This document shows, in pieces, positions 26,550-33,841 of a DNA stretch of 64,000 nt (the stretch's first letter is position 1; each line of letters starts with the position of its first letter). Both the position numbers and the translations under genes were made by a program. Origin of the DNA: an uncultured Candidatus Peribacteria bacterium. GTDB lineage: Bacteria; Patescibacteriota; Gracilibacteria; Peribacterales; Peribacteraceae. The notes beneath the pieces are model-generated. The model was not told where the DNA came from, made no database searches, and saw only the letters and a program-made list of their open reading frames with translations. The stretch is taken from contig CAYRGC010000004.1 in the NCBI GenBank assembly GCA_964423795.1, forward strand, positions 1,032 to 65,031. Direction: 5' to 3'.

Positions 26550-26653
26550 GCGGCGGACGCCGAGCCGCCCCCGTTTTTGGCGTAAGAAATTTTTCTTGTG
26601 GCGCCACGGAACTCTCACTACGCTAGTTTCCGACTATTTTCCCGACCAATCCT

Positions 26654-27625
26654 ATGAAGCTGAACAAGCTCTTCGAACGTTCGATCCAGATCGGCATGGA
26701 AGCCGACCCGCGAGGCAAGAAGCACCTCGATAAAATGCTCAAGAAGTACAGCGACCGCCAGAAGAAGCTCGAAGGCATCGAGAAGGAGATGTTCGACGAC
26801 GAGCGCACCTGGAACCCCTACAGCGATTGCCGCATCATCAACGGCACCGGCGAGGAGGAGATCAAGGTCGTCATGGTAGGCATCGACATGGAGACGCCCG
26901 AAGTGATCCTCGCCGACCGCCTCCGCGAGAAGGGCACGCGCATCGACGCGATCATGACCCACCACCCCGAGGGCCGCGCGCTCGCCGACCTCGAGAAGGT
27001 GATGCCGCTCCAGGTGGACGTGTACGCGCAGGCTGGCGTCCCCGTGAACCACACGGAGGGCCTCCTCCGCCCCAGGATGGACCGCATCTGGCGCGCCATC
27101 CACGCCGACAACCTCTTCCGCACCGAGCGCGCCGCTGAGCTCCTCGGCATCCCGATGTTCGGCATCCACACCGTCACGGACAACCTCGTCTGGCGCTTCA
27201 TCGAGAAGAACGTCTGCGACAAGCAGGGCAGCTTCGACTCCCTCAAGGACATCATGAACATCCTCTACGAGATGGAGGAGTACCGCTGGTACGCCAAAAA
27301 GGGCAACCCGCCGATCATCGTGAACGGCTCGGAGAGCTCCCGCCCCGGCAGGGTCGTGGCCACGGAGTTCACCGGCGGCACGAACGGCCCGGAGGACCTG
27401 ATCGAGCGCCAGAGCCGCGCCGGTGTGGGCACCATCCTCGCCATGCACTTCACGGAGAAGGAGGTGGAAGAGGGCAAGAAGCACCACCTCAACCTCATCC
27501 AGTGCAGTCACATGGCCAGCGACGCGCTCGGCGTGAACCTCCTCTTCGACAAGCTCATGAAGGAGGACAAGAAGCTCGAGGTGCTCCCGGCCTCCGGGTT
27601 CATCCGCGTGGCCCGGAAGGCGTAA
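26654..27625 (+). CDS. NIF3-like (DUF34) dinuclear-metal protein, putative
   Basis: Pattern IDAIMTHHPEG ... GIHTVTDN ... resembles the NIF3 family. Confidence 0.6.
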   Translation: MKLNKLFERSIQIGMEADPRGKKHLDKMLKKYSDRQKKLEGIEKEMFDDERTWNPYSDCRIINGTGEEEIKVVMVGIDMETPEVILADRLREKGTRIDAIMTHHPEGRALADLEKVMPLQVDVYAQAGVPVNHTEGLLRPRMDRIWRAIHADNLFRTERAAELLGIPMFGIHTVTDNLVWRFIEKNVCDKQGSFDSLKDIMNILYEMEEYRWYAKKGNPPIIVNGSESSRPGRVVATEFTGGTNGPEDLIERQSRAGVGTILAMHFTEKEVEEGKKHHLNLIQCSHMASDALGVNLLFDKLMKEDKKLEVLPASGFIRVARKA

Positions 27626-27637
27626 AAACGCACATTC

Positions 27638-27676
27638 CCGCAGCCGGGGTTCGCGAACCCCGGCTGCGGTTTTTTG
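27638..27676 (+). terminator. perfect 32-nt palindrome + T6 (rho-independent terminator); P-family palindrome copy 1
   Basis: ccgcagccggggttcg/cgaaccccggctgcgg followed by tttttt. Confidence 0.8.
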
Positions 27677-27746
27677 TAACTTTCCCTTGGTGAAGGACCA
27701 GCAAAAAGCTCTACGCTCTAAGCCCTCTCCTCTTTCCTCTCTCCTC

Positions 27747-28580
27747 ATGTCCTGGGGCTTCGTCCTCTCCGGCGGCGCGGCATGGGGCCTCGCGAACCTC
27801 GGCGTCCTCGAGGCGTTCGAGGAGGAGAACCTGCGTCCGGACTGCCTCGCGGGCAGCAGCATGGGCGCCATCGTGGGCGCGCTCTACGCGCTCGGCTATT
27901 CGCCGCGCGAACTGCGGTCGATCGCGGAAGGAATCCGCCCCCTCACGATCGCGAAGTGGAGCGAGCGGGCACTCAAGGACGGCCTGCACGGCGGTTTCTT
28001 CCGTCAGGAACTGGAGACGCACCTGCGCCCGCTGCTCGGCAACGCCGTGATCGGCGACTGCAAGCTGCCGTTCGTCTGCGTTGCGGGCCGCGTGAAGGAA
28101 CCGATCCCCTGGCACAAGATCCTTACCGAGAAGACCTTCACGCCGCTCGTGGCCGAGCGGGTGGAACCGTACGTCTTTCCGCCGGAGACGCGCGTCATCG
28201 ACGCGCTCCTCGCCACGTCCGCGATCCCGGTGGTGTTCTCCCCCGTGCGGATCGGCCGCGACGAATTCATCGACCTCGTGGCGTTCGGCGCCCTCCCCGC
28301 ACGCACGCTCCGGGAGCGCTATGCGCCGGACTTCCTGGTGGGCACCGACTGCAATCCCACGTACGGATCGCTGAAGGACTGGCTGCCGGGCGGCTGGAAG
28401 GAGTTCATCGAGAGCGGATCCGTCGAGTATCGGAAGAGCCAGGAAGCGTGCGATATCGTCCTGAAGCCCGCGTTCAAAACGGGAGCGTTCAGATTCGACA
28501 AGGCGATGGACTTCGTGGAAGCGGGAAAGGCGGCGGCGGAGAAGGAGATGACGCAACTGAAGAAGCGCCTCAAAAAATGA
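27747..28580 (+). CDS. patatin-like phospholipase
   Basis: Oxyanion motif SGGAAWG and nucleophile elbow GSSMG. ATG 27747 is preferred over TTG 27687, which abuts the terminator. Confidence 0.8.
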   Translation: MSWGFVLSGGAAWGLANLGVLEAFEEENLRPDCLAGSSMGAIVGALYALGYSPRELRSIAEGIRPLTIAKWSERALKDGLHGGFFRQELETHLRPLLGNAVIGDCKLPFVCVAGRVKEPIPWHKILTEKTFTPLVAERVEPYVFPPETRVIDALLATSAIPVVFSPVRIGRDEFIDLVAFGALPARTLRERYAPDFLVGTDCNPTYGSLKDWLPGGWKEFIESGSVEYRKSQEACDIVLKPAFKTGAFRFDKAMDFVEAGKAAAEKEMTQLKKRLKK

Positions 28581-28587
28581 ACCACCG

Positions 28588-28614
28588 CAGCCGAGGTTCG
28601 CGAACCTCGGCTAC
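28588..28614. repeat. P-family palindrome copy 2 (between convergent patatin and rplT)
   Basis: gcagccgaggttcg/cgaacctcggctac. It differs from copy 1 by a paired G:C to A:T change. Confidence 0.8.
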
Positions 28615-28621
28615 CGGGGAA

Positions 28622-28972
28622 TTATTTCTTGAGCCCGATCGTCTCGATCACCTTGTCGAAGACGGCCGGCTCGTGGATGGCGAGTTCGGAGAGCGCCTTG
28701 CGGTCGAGACCGATCTTGCTGTCCTTGAGGGCCTTGGCGAACACCGAGTACCGGAAACCGCGGGCGCGGACGGCGGCGGAGAGGCGGGTGATCCAGAGGG
28801 CGCGGAACGTGCGCTTCTTGCGGCGGCGATCGACGTAAGCGTTGGTACCAGCCCGGATGACGGCCTCGTTGGCCTTCACGAAGGTCGTGCTCCGCATGCT
28901 GCGGTAGCCCTTCGCGAGCTTGCGGATCTTCTGGTGACGACGGTGACGGACGGTGCCTCGCTTGACGCGCAT
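28622..28972 (-). CDS. rplT: 50S ribosomal protein L20
   Basis: 116 aa, MRVKRGTVRHRRHQKIRKLAKGYRS... Confidence 0.95.
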   Translation of the reverse strand: MRVKRGTVRHRRHQKIRKLAKGYRSMRSTTFVKANEAVIRAGTNAYVDRRRKKRTFRALWITRLSAAVRARGFRYSVFAKALKDSKIGLDRKALSELAIHEPAVFDKVIETIGLKK

Positions 28973-29016
28973 GATGACGGAGAGCCGCACCCCTTCACGG
29001 GTGCGTCAGGGAAAGA

Positions 29017-29211
29017 TTAGAGGTTCGGGAGGAGACCGCGCAGGGCCTTCATGTTGGTCGGGTGCGCGACGTGCGTGCGTTGCAAGCGCTTCTGGCGCTT
29101 GTTCTTCTGCTGCAGGAGGTGGCGGCGGCCGCGGCGGTTGAACGCGAACTTGCCGGAGCCGGTCTTGCGGACCCGCTTCTTGGCGCCGGAATGGGACTTC
29201 ATCTTAGGCAT
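29017..29211 (-). CDS. rpmI: 50S ribosomal protein L35
   Basis: 64 aa, MPKMKSHSGAKKRVRKTGSGKF... Confidence 0.95.
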   Translation of the reverse strand: MPKMKSHSGAKKRVRKTGSGKFAFNRRGRRHLLQQKNKRQKRLQRTHVAHPTNMKALRGLLPNL

Positions 29212-29265
29212 AACGGGCGGGGAGTATAGCGGGTGATTTTGCGGATGCAAAGGGACTTTTCTGAA

Positions 29266-29326
29266 GGTTTCGGGTTGCGGGTGTCGGGTTGCGAGAACCC
29301 CGCAACTCGCAACCCGTAACTCGCAA
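29266..29326. repeat. foldback of heptamers, GGTTGCG/GTTACGG family
   Basis: Arm 1 is GGTTTCG GGTTGCG GGTGTCG GGTTGCG, the loop is agaacc, and arm 2 is CCGCAAC TCGCAAC CCGTAAC TCGCAAC. It lies between the infC stop and rpmI. Confidence 0.85.
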
Positions 29327-29869
29327 CTACGACTTTTTTGGCCTCAGGATCGCAATAAACTGATCCCCCTGGCGCTTGATGTCCTGCTCCAGCTCCGAGA
29401 CGTCGGCGAGCGAGAGGAGGAGGTTTTTCATCTTCTCGATGGCATAGTCTTTGTTCGCGAGCTCGCGGCCGCGGAGGCGGACCATGAACTTCACGAGGTG
29501 GCGCTCCGTGAAGAACTCGCGGGCGCGGTCGGCCAGGCGGTCGATGTCGTGCTTGTCCGTGCGGAAGCCGAACTTGAGGATCTTCACTTCCACCTGCTTG
29601 CTCCCCGCCTTCTGCTTCCGCTCCTTCTTCTGGATCTGATAGAGGTACTTTCCCACGTCGTCGATCTTCACGACGGGCGGCTGCGCCTTCGGCGACACCT
29701 CGATGAGGTCGAATCCCTGGGACTGCGCGAGCGCGATGGCTTCCGCGGTCGGCATCACGCGCGTGCCCTGCTCCGTGACGAGCATCACTTCCGGCACGCG
29801 GATCTGGTCGTTCGTGCGGGGACGCTTCTCGTCGACGCGGTTGGGGCGGTAATGGTGTCGCTGACGCAG
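29327..29869 (-). CDS. infC: translation initiation factor IF-3 (5' end uncertain, non-canonical start likely)
   Basis: The first canonical start (GTG 29797) would cut off the conserved N-terminal motif. The frame is open back to TAG 29894-29896 and reads ..LRQRHHYRPNRVDEKRPRTNDQIRVPEVMLVTEQG. No ATG, GTG or TTG lies in that stretch, and CTG 29869 is one candidate start. Confidence 0.8.
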   Translation of the reverse strand: MRQRHHYRPNRVDEKRPRTNDQIRVPEVMLVTEQGTRVMPTAEAIALAQSQGFDLIEVSPKAQPPVVKIDDVGKYLYQIQKKERKQKAGSKQVEVKILKFGFRTDKHDIDRLADRAREFFTERHLVKFMVRLRGRELANKDYAIEKMKNLLLSLADVSELEQDIKRQGDQFIAILRPKKS

Positions 29870-29920
29870 GGGAAAGAGGGGGAAAAGACCCCGCTACTGT
29901 AGCCGAGAAAGGCCTTTCGA

Positions 29921-29983
29921 GGAAGGACCAATCCCAAAACCCAAGGACCAATTGGTCCTTGTCGCATGGTCTTTGGTGCTTCG
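29921..29983. repeat. foldback of heptamers, CCAAAAC/TTTGG family
   Basis: AAGGACC AATCCCA AAACCCA AGGACCA | ATTGGTC CTTGTCG CATGGTC TTTGGTG, centred on ccaattgg. Confidence 0.8.
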
Positions 29984-29985
29984 TA

Positions 29986-30870
29986 TCACTCCGTCACCCG
30001 CGTGATCGCGTCCACCGTCACCTCCACGTCCATCCATCCGTCCCCCCTCTCGCGGACGTCGAGCGTCTCGGGAATGAGGAACGGCATGGGCCAGAGCTTC
30101 TGCGCGGAAAGCGCGTCGCCGAGCCCGCCGCCGAGCACCGTGCGCACGGAGGCGAGACGGGAGGAATCGAGAAGCTCGTGGAATTGCTGGATGAATTTCT
30201 CCGACGGGAACGCCTGGGTCAGGCGCTGGTCGGTGATCGTGGGATCGCGGAGATACTCGAGGAGATCCGCGGACAAAAACTGCTCCACCGGCACGATGCC
30301 CGCGTAGTTTTCCGACTCGGTGATGGCGAAGAGCTTCTGCAGGTCGTCCTCGCCGAGGGCGTCGCCCACGGTGATGAGACCGCTGGAATCGAGAAGGGCA
30401 ACAAGCTGCTCGTACCCGCGGGAATCCACCTGCGCGGTGAAGCGCAGGCGCTGGGCCTGGAGCGGATCCTGCTTGCCATCATCGGAGCGCACCGGCACGT
30501 CGTACGGGCGAGGATCCTCGGCCGTGATGGACGAAAGCTCGCGGAGCACGCCGCGTTCGGTGAGCGTGGAACCGAGGACGTCGAAGAACGCGACGAGGCG
30601 CGAGAGGTCTGCCCCCTCGGGAAGCACGTACGCGCGGAGCTTCTCTTCCGCGGTGCCGCTGCGGAGCGTGGCCTGCAGCTCGGAAAGTTCCACCTGCTGC
30701 TTGAGGAGCTTCAGGCGGTCCTCGAGGGGCGGGAGCTCGGCCGCGAGCGGGAGCACTTGGTCGCGCACGTCGGCCAGGGCCGACAGGTGCCACGAAATCA
30801 GCTCCTTGCTCCCCGCGAAGAGCGCGAGGGCGACGAGGAAGCCGAAGGCGGGCAGGACGACGCGCTTCAC
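29986..30870 (-). CDS. membrane-anchored coiled-coil protein (PilO-like topology), hypothetical
   Basis: N-terminal TM segment (VLPAFGFLVALALFAG) followed by a coiled-coil segment. It overlaps the upstream gene by 4 nt. Confidence 0.45.
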   Translation of the reverse strand: MKRVVLPAFGFLVALALFAGSKELISWHLSALADVRDQVLPLAAELPPLEDRLKLLKQQVELSELQATLRSGTAEEKLRAYVLPEGADLSRLVAFFDVLGSTLTERGVLRELSSITAEDPRPYDVPVRSDDGKQDPLQAQRLRFTAQVDSRGYEQLVALLDSSGLITVGDALGEDDLQKLFAITESENYAGIVPVEQFLSADLLEYLRDPTITDQRLTQAFPSEKFIQQFHELLDSSRLASVRTVLGGGLGDALSAQKLWPMPFLIPETLDVRERGDGWMDVEVTVDAITRVTE

Positions 30871-31487
30871 GGGAGGGTGAGGGTCAGGGAGAACGGCGAG
30901 TGCGGGCCCGTGACGGCATCGTCCTCACGGAGGAAGGTCGGCGTGGACACGGAGGCGAAGGCGGGGTCCGCGCGGAGATTCTCCACGAACTCGGCGAGCA
31001 CCGTCATGCTGCGGCTGCCGACGAAGCGCACGTCCCCTTCCGCGGCCACGACCTTCTTCTCGACGTCGTAGCTGAGCGCGGAAACGTGGATCGCGTCCTG
31101 CTGGGTCACGGTCTTCTTGGCGATGTCCTGCAGGCGGACCTTGAGTTCGGGAAGCGAGAGACGCGCCTCCCGCGCGGCCTTGAGCGCAAGATACTGCGGC
31201 TGATGGATCGCGAGCGTGAGATCCTCTCGACGGCGCTCGGCGGCCAGAATCTCCTGGCTGAGGTCGCTGCGGCGCTCCTGGAGCTCGGCATAGCCCAGGA
31301 CGCTTCCCACGACTTCCACCCGCGTGAGGCGAGGCACCAGGAAGAACCACGACAGCGCGAGCAGGCCAAAGAGCAAAGTGGAGAACAAGAAGAACGGCAG
31401 CGCGACGCGCCGGAGGATCGTCGCGGCCGACGCGCGGGGCGCGGGGGTGAGCCCGGCGGTAACGAAGGTGATTTCGGTATTTGTCAT
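30867..31487 (-). CDS. membrane-anchored coiled-coil protein (PilN-like topology), hypothetical
   Basis: Short cytoplasmic N-terminus, one TM segment (FFLFSTLLFGLLALSWFFLV), a coiled coil and a C-terminal beta-rich domain ending FSLTLTLP. Confidence 0.45.
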   Translation of the reverse strand: MTNTEITFVTAGLTPAPRASAATILRRVALPFFLFSTLLFGLLALSWFFLVPRLTRVEVVGSVLGYAELQERRSDLSQEILAAERRREDLTLAIHQPQYLALKAAREARLSLPELKVRLQDIAKKTVTQQDAIHVSALSYDVEKKVVAAEGDVRFVGSRSMTVLAEFVENLRADPAFASVSTPTFLREDDAVTGPHSPFSLTLTLP

Positions 31488-31556
31488 GTTTTCTCCATAG
31501 TATAGCGGAAATCCTCGGGAAAAGGAAGGGTAGGAAGTACCTGTTTGAAGCCAGAG

Positions 31557-31670
31557 CTGAGGAGGTTTGAGGTGATGAGGTTATGAGCGCATGAGGTTTT
31601 GAGGTTCTGAGGTTTTGAGCTTCGATCTCTCAAGCTCAGAACGTCATACGCTTATAACCTCAGAACCTCT
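31557..31670. repeat. about 115-nt foldback of octamer repeats (GGTTNTGA family)
   Basis: Arm 1 is GGTTTGA GGTGATGA GGTTATGA GCGCATGA GGTTTTGA GGTTCTGA GGTTTTGA GCTT, the loop is cgatctctc, and arm 2 is AAGC TCAGAACG TCATACGC TTATAACC TCAGAACC TC. Confidence 0.85.
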
Positions 31671-31738
31671 TCTCCGCCTAGGAGACAACCTCTTCCTGCT
31701 CTACACTCCTTCCACCCGATCCCCCTACCCCCTTTCCC

Positions 31739-32831
31739 GTGGAGGAACTGCTCCGCAAACTCACCGACCTGCAGTCCGCCGTCAATACGGGCAAGGACTC
31801 TCTTTGAGGGAAAGAAGATTCCAGAACAGATCAAAGACCTCGAAGCGCAAACCCAGGACCCGAACGTCTGGAGCGACCAGCAGAAGGCTCAGGGCCTTTT
31901 TTCCAAGCTGAAAGGCCTGAAGAAGCAATGGGAGCCGATCGCGGCGATGGCGCAGTCGGTGGCCGACACGATCGAGTTCGTGAAGATGGCCGGACCGAGC
32001 GATCTCCCGGGTCTGGAGAATGACGCGCTGAAGCTGGAGGAAGAATGGAAGGGTCTCGAGACGCAGCTCTACCTCGGCGGCGAATTCGACACGAACAACT
32101 GCTTCGTCACGATCTCCGGCGGAGCCGGCGGCACCGAGGCGCAGGACTGGGCCGCCATCCTCATGCGCATGTACCTGCGGTACTGCGAGCGCCAGGGATG
32201 GAAAACGACGCTCGTCGAAAAGACCGATGGCCAAGAGGCCGGCATCAAATCCGCGACGTTCCTCGTCGCGGGCGAGATGGCGTACGGCAACCTCAAGTGC
32301 GAGAAAGGCACGCACCGCCTGGTGCGCATCTCCCCCTTCGGGGCCAAGGCGCTGCGTCAAACCAGCTTCGCGCTCGTCGAAGTGCTGCCGGAAGTGACGG
32401 AGACCAAGGAGATCGAGATCAACCCCAACGATTTACGCATCGATACCTTCCGCTCCGGCGGCGCCGGCGGGCAGAACGTGAACAAGGTGGAGTCCGCCAT
32501 CCGCATCACGCACATCCCGACGAACATCGTCGTCGCGTGCCAGACGGAACGGTCGCAGCTCCAGAACCGCGCCCAGGCCATGAACATCCTCCGCGCCAAG
32601 CTCCTCGAGAAGAAGCGCGAGGAAGAACTGGCGCAGAAAAAAGAGCTGAAGGGCGCGTCGCAGAGCGCGGACTTCGGCCAGCAGATCAGGAGCTACGTGC
32701 TCCACCCCTACCAGATGGTGAAGGACCTCCGCACGAACGCGGAGACGGGAAACACGTCTGCCGTCCTCGACGGCGACCTGCAGCTCTTCATCGACGCGGA
32801 GCTGAAGCGGCAGGCCCGAGAAGGAGAATGA
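31739..32831 (+). CDS. prfB: peptide chain release factor 2, requires programmed +1 frameshift: join(31739..31804,31806..32831)
   Basis: Frame 0 runs GTG 31739 VEELLRKLTDLQSAVNTGKDSL then TGA (31805-31807). The +1 frame continues EGKKIPEQIKDLEAQTQDPNVWSDQQKAQ... into the 294-aa track ORF. The SPF (RISPFGA) and GGQ (GGAGGQNVNK) motifs are present. Confidence 0.9.
31793..31807 (+). promoter_or_regulatory. RF2 autoregulatory +1 frameshift site (CTT TGA G) with upstream AAGGA
   Basis: The sequence is aaggac tct CTT TGA ggg, which has the same CUU UGA slippery/stop arrangement as the canonical prfB site. Confidence 0.85.
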
Positions 32832-32948
32832 TGTATCGAACAAACGCGCGAAGAAGCGGGTCTCGCGGGCCCCGCTTCTGAGCGCCACCTTGCCGGAAGG
32901 AGAGTCCGCGAGAGGGAACCCGGAGGGTGCTCTTTCGCGAACGATACG

Positions 32949-32974
32949 AAAAACGCCCCCGTTACGGAGGCGCC
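32949..32974 (-). terminator. rho-independent terminator candidate for the DUF1931-like gene
   Basis: The minus strand reads ggcgcctccg-taa-cgggggcg followed by ttttt. Confidence 0.5.
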
Positions 32975-33000
32975 TTCGTATCAAAGGAAACGTCCTTGGA

Positions 33001-33171
33001 TCAGAGGTCGCACGGGCGGACCGTGACGCGACCGTTGTCCTTGGCGCGCTTCACCGCGGTCTTGAGGACCTCCTCGAGGTGGGCGGAAGCGGCCTCGGGC
33101 AGATCGCCGGAGGTCATCATGCCATGCTTCTTGAGAAGCTCCTTGATGGCGGAAGCAACGACGTAGCTCAT
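33001..33171 (-). CDS. small DUF1931-like (histone-fold-like) protein, 56 aa
   Basis: MSYVVASAIKELLKKHGMMTSGDLPEAASAHLEEVLKTAVKRAKDNGRVTVRPCDL matches my recollection of the short DUF1931 pattern (..VV.s.vKe..k....s.d.......v.e.l..A..RAk.NGRkTv...D). The 114-aa track ORF is a read-through. Confidence 0.55.
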   Translation of the reverse strand: MSYVVASAIKELLKKHGMMTSGDLPEAASAHLEEVLKTAVKRAKDNGRVTVRPCDL

Positions 33172-33480
33172 GGGGGATGAGGGTGAGAAGTAAAAGTGAG
33201 AGGATTGTAGGGGGTGAAGAACGCGTCGCAAGTGCATTTTCTCTGACCTATAAGAGCCCCCTTGCCAAAATCGACCATCCGGACTCTTCCGCGGCGGCAA
33301 GCCAGAGACACGCTTTTTTACGGAAAAACCTTTATAGCAATACAAATATATTCTTCCTTCTCGTCAAGAAGACGTCTGACGCATTTTCGCAGCCAACACA
33401 TGAAAAACGGGCACAGATCGGAGAAAGACGTTTTCAATCCGTTGCCCTCCGTTTCGTTCGCAACGTACACTGCCCCGGCT

Positions 33481-33571
33481 GGAGAGATGGCCGAGTGGTC
33501 GAAGGCGCACGACTCGAAATCGTGTAGACCCCCAAAGGGTCTCGAGGGTTCGAATCCCTCTCTCTCCGCCA
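33481..33571 (+). tRNA. tRNA-Ser (anticodon CGA), CCA encoded
   Basis: Acceptor stem GGAGAGA/TCTCTCC, anticodon stem CACGA/TCGTG with loop CU-CGA-AA, a long variable arm, T arm GAGGG-TTCGAAT-CCCTC, and discriminator G followed by CCA. Confidence 0.9.
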
Positions 33572-33731
33572 GAGAAAACATCGATGAACCAGACCAGCAG
33601 TATGAATATCCCTGAAAAGAGGGATGAGAAGTTTATGGTGAGCGAGCCTGCCGAAGCTGGCGAGACGAACCAAATCCCTCTCTCTCCGCCAGAAAAATTA
33701 GTGAGAACCCAAACCAGGACAATCAGTATCC
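33553..33731. repeat. duplication of the tRNA-Ser 3' end plus about 40 nt of flank (period 120 nt)
   Basis: aatccctctctctccgccaga occurs at 33553-33573 and again at 33673-33693. The following about 38 nt are about 70% identical by eye. A TGAGCGAG-type hairpin lies between the copies. Confidence 0.85.
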
Positions 33732-33841
33732 GGCAGGCCGGAGGCCTGCCCCAACAGTGGGGAGTGTTTGCCCTGATCAAAACTTGTACAGCAATAGTCC
33801 AGGTAGCTCTTCTGAAACTTGGGGCAGGCCTCCGGCCTGCC
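33730..33841. repeat. REP-spacer-REP composite, second copy
   Basis: ccggcaggccggaggcctgcccc lies at 33730-33752 and ggggcaggcctccggcctgcc lies at 33821-33841. The start of the spacer (gagtgtttgccctgatcaaaa) resembles the spacer at 21110-21135. Confidence 0.85.

Noticed and set aside
26550-26653. Terminator after the acetyl-CoA synthetase gene (ggcgg-acgccgag-ccgcc followed by cccgttttt).
   Set aside because: The stem is only 5 bp and the T-tract is offset from it, which is too weak to annotate.
31557-31670. Possibility that the short-period repeat arrays are CRISPR arrays.
   Set aside because: The units are 7-9 nt with no unique spacers between them. The arrays are palindromic foldbacks of under 120 nt, and no cas genes are nearby.
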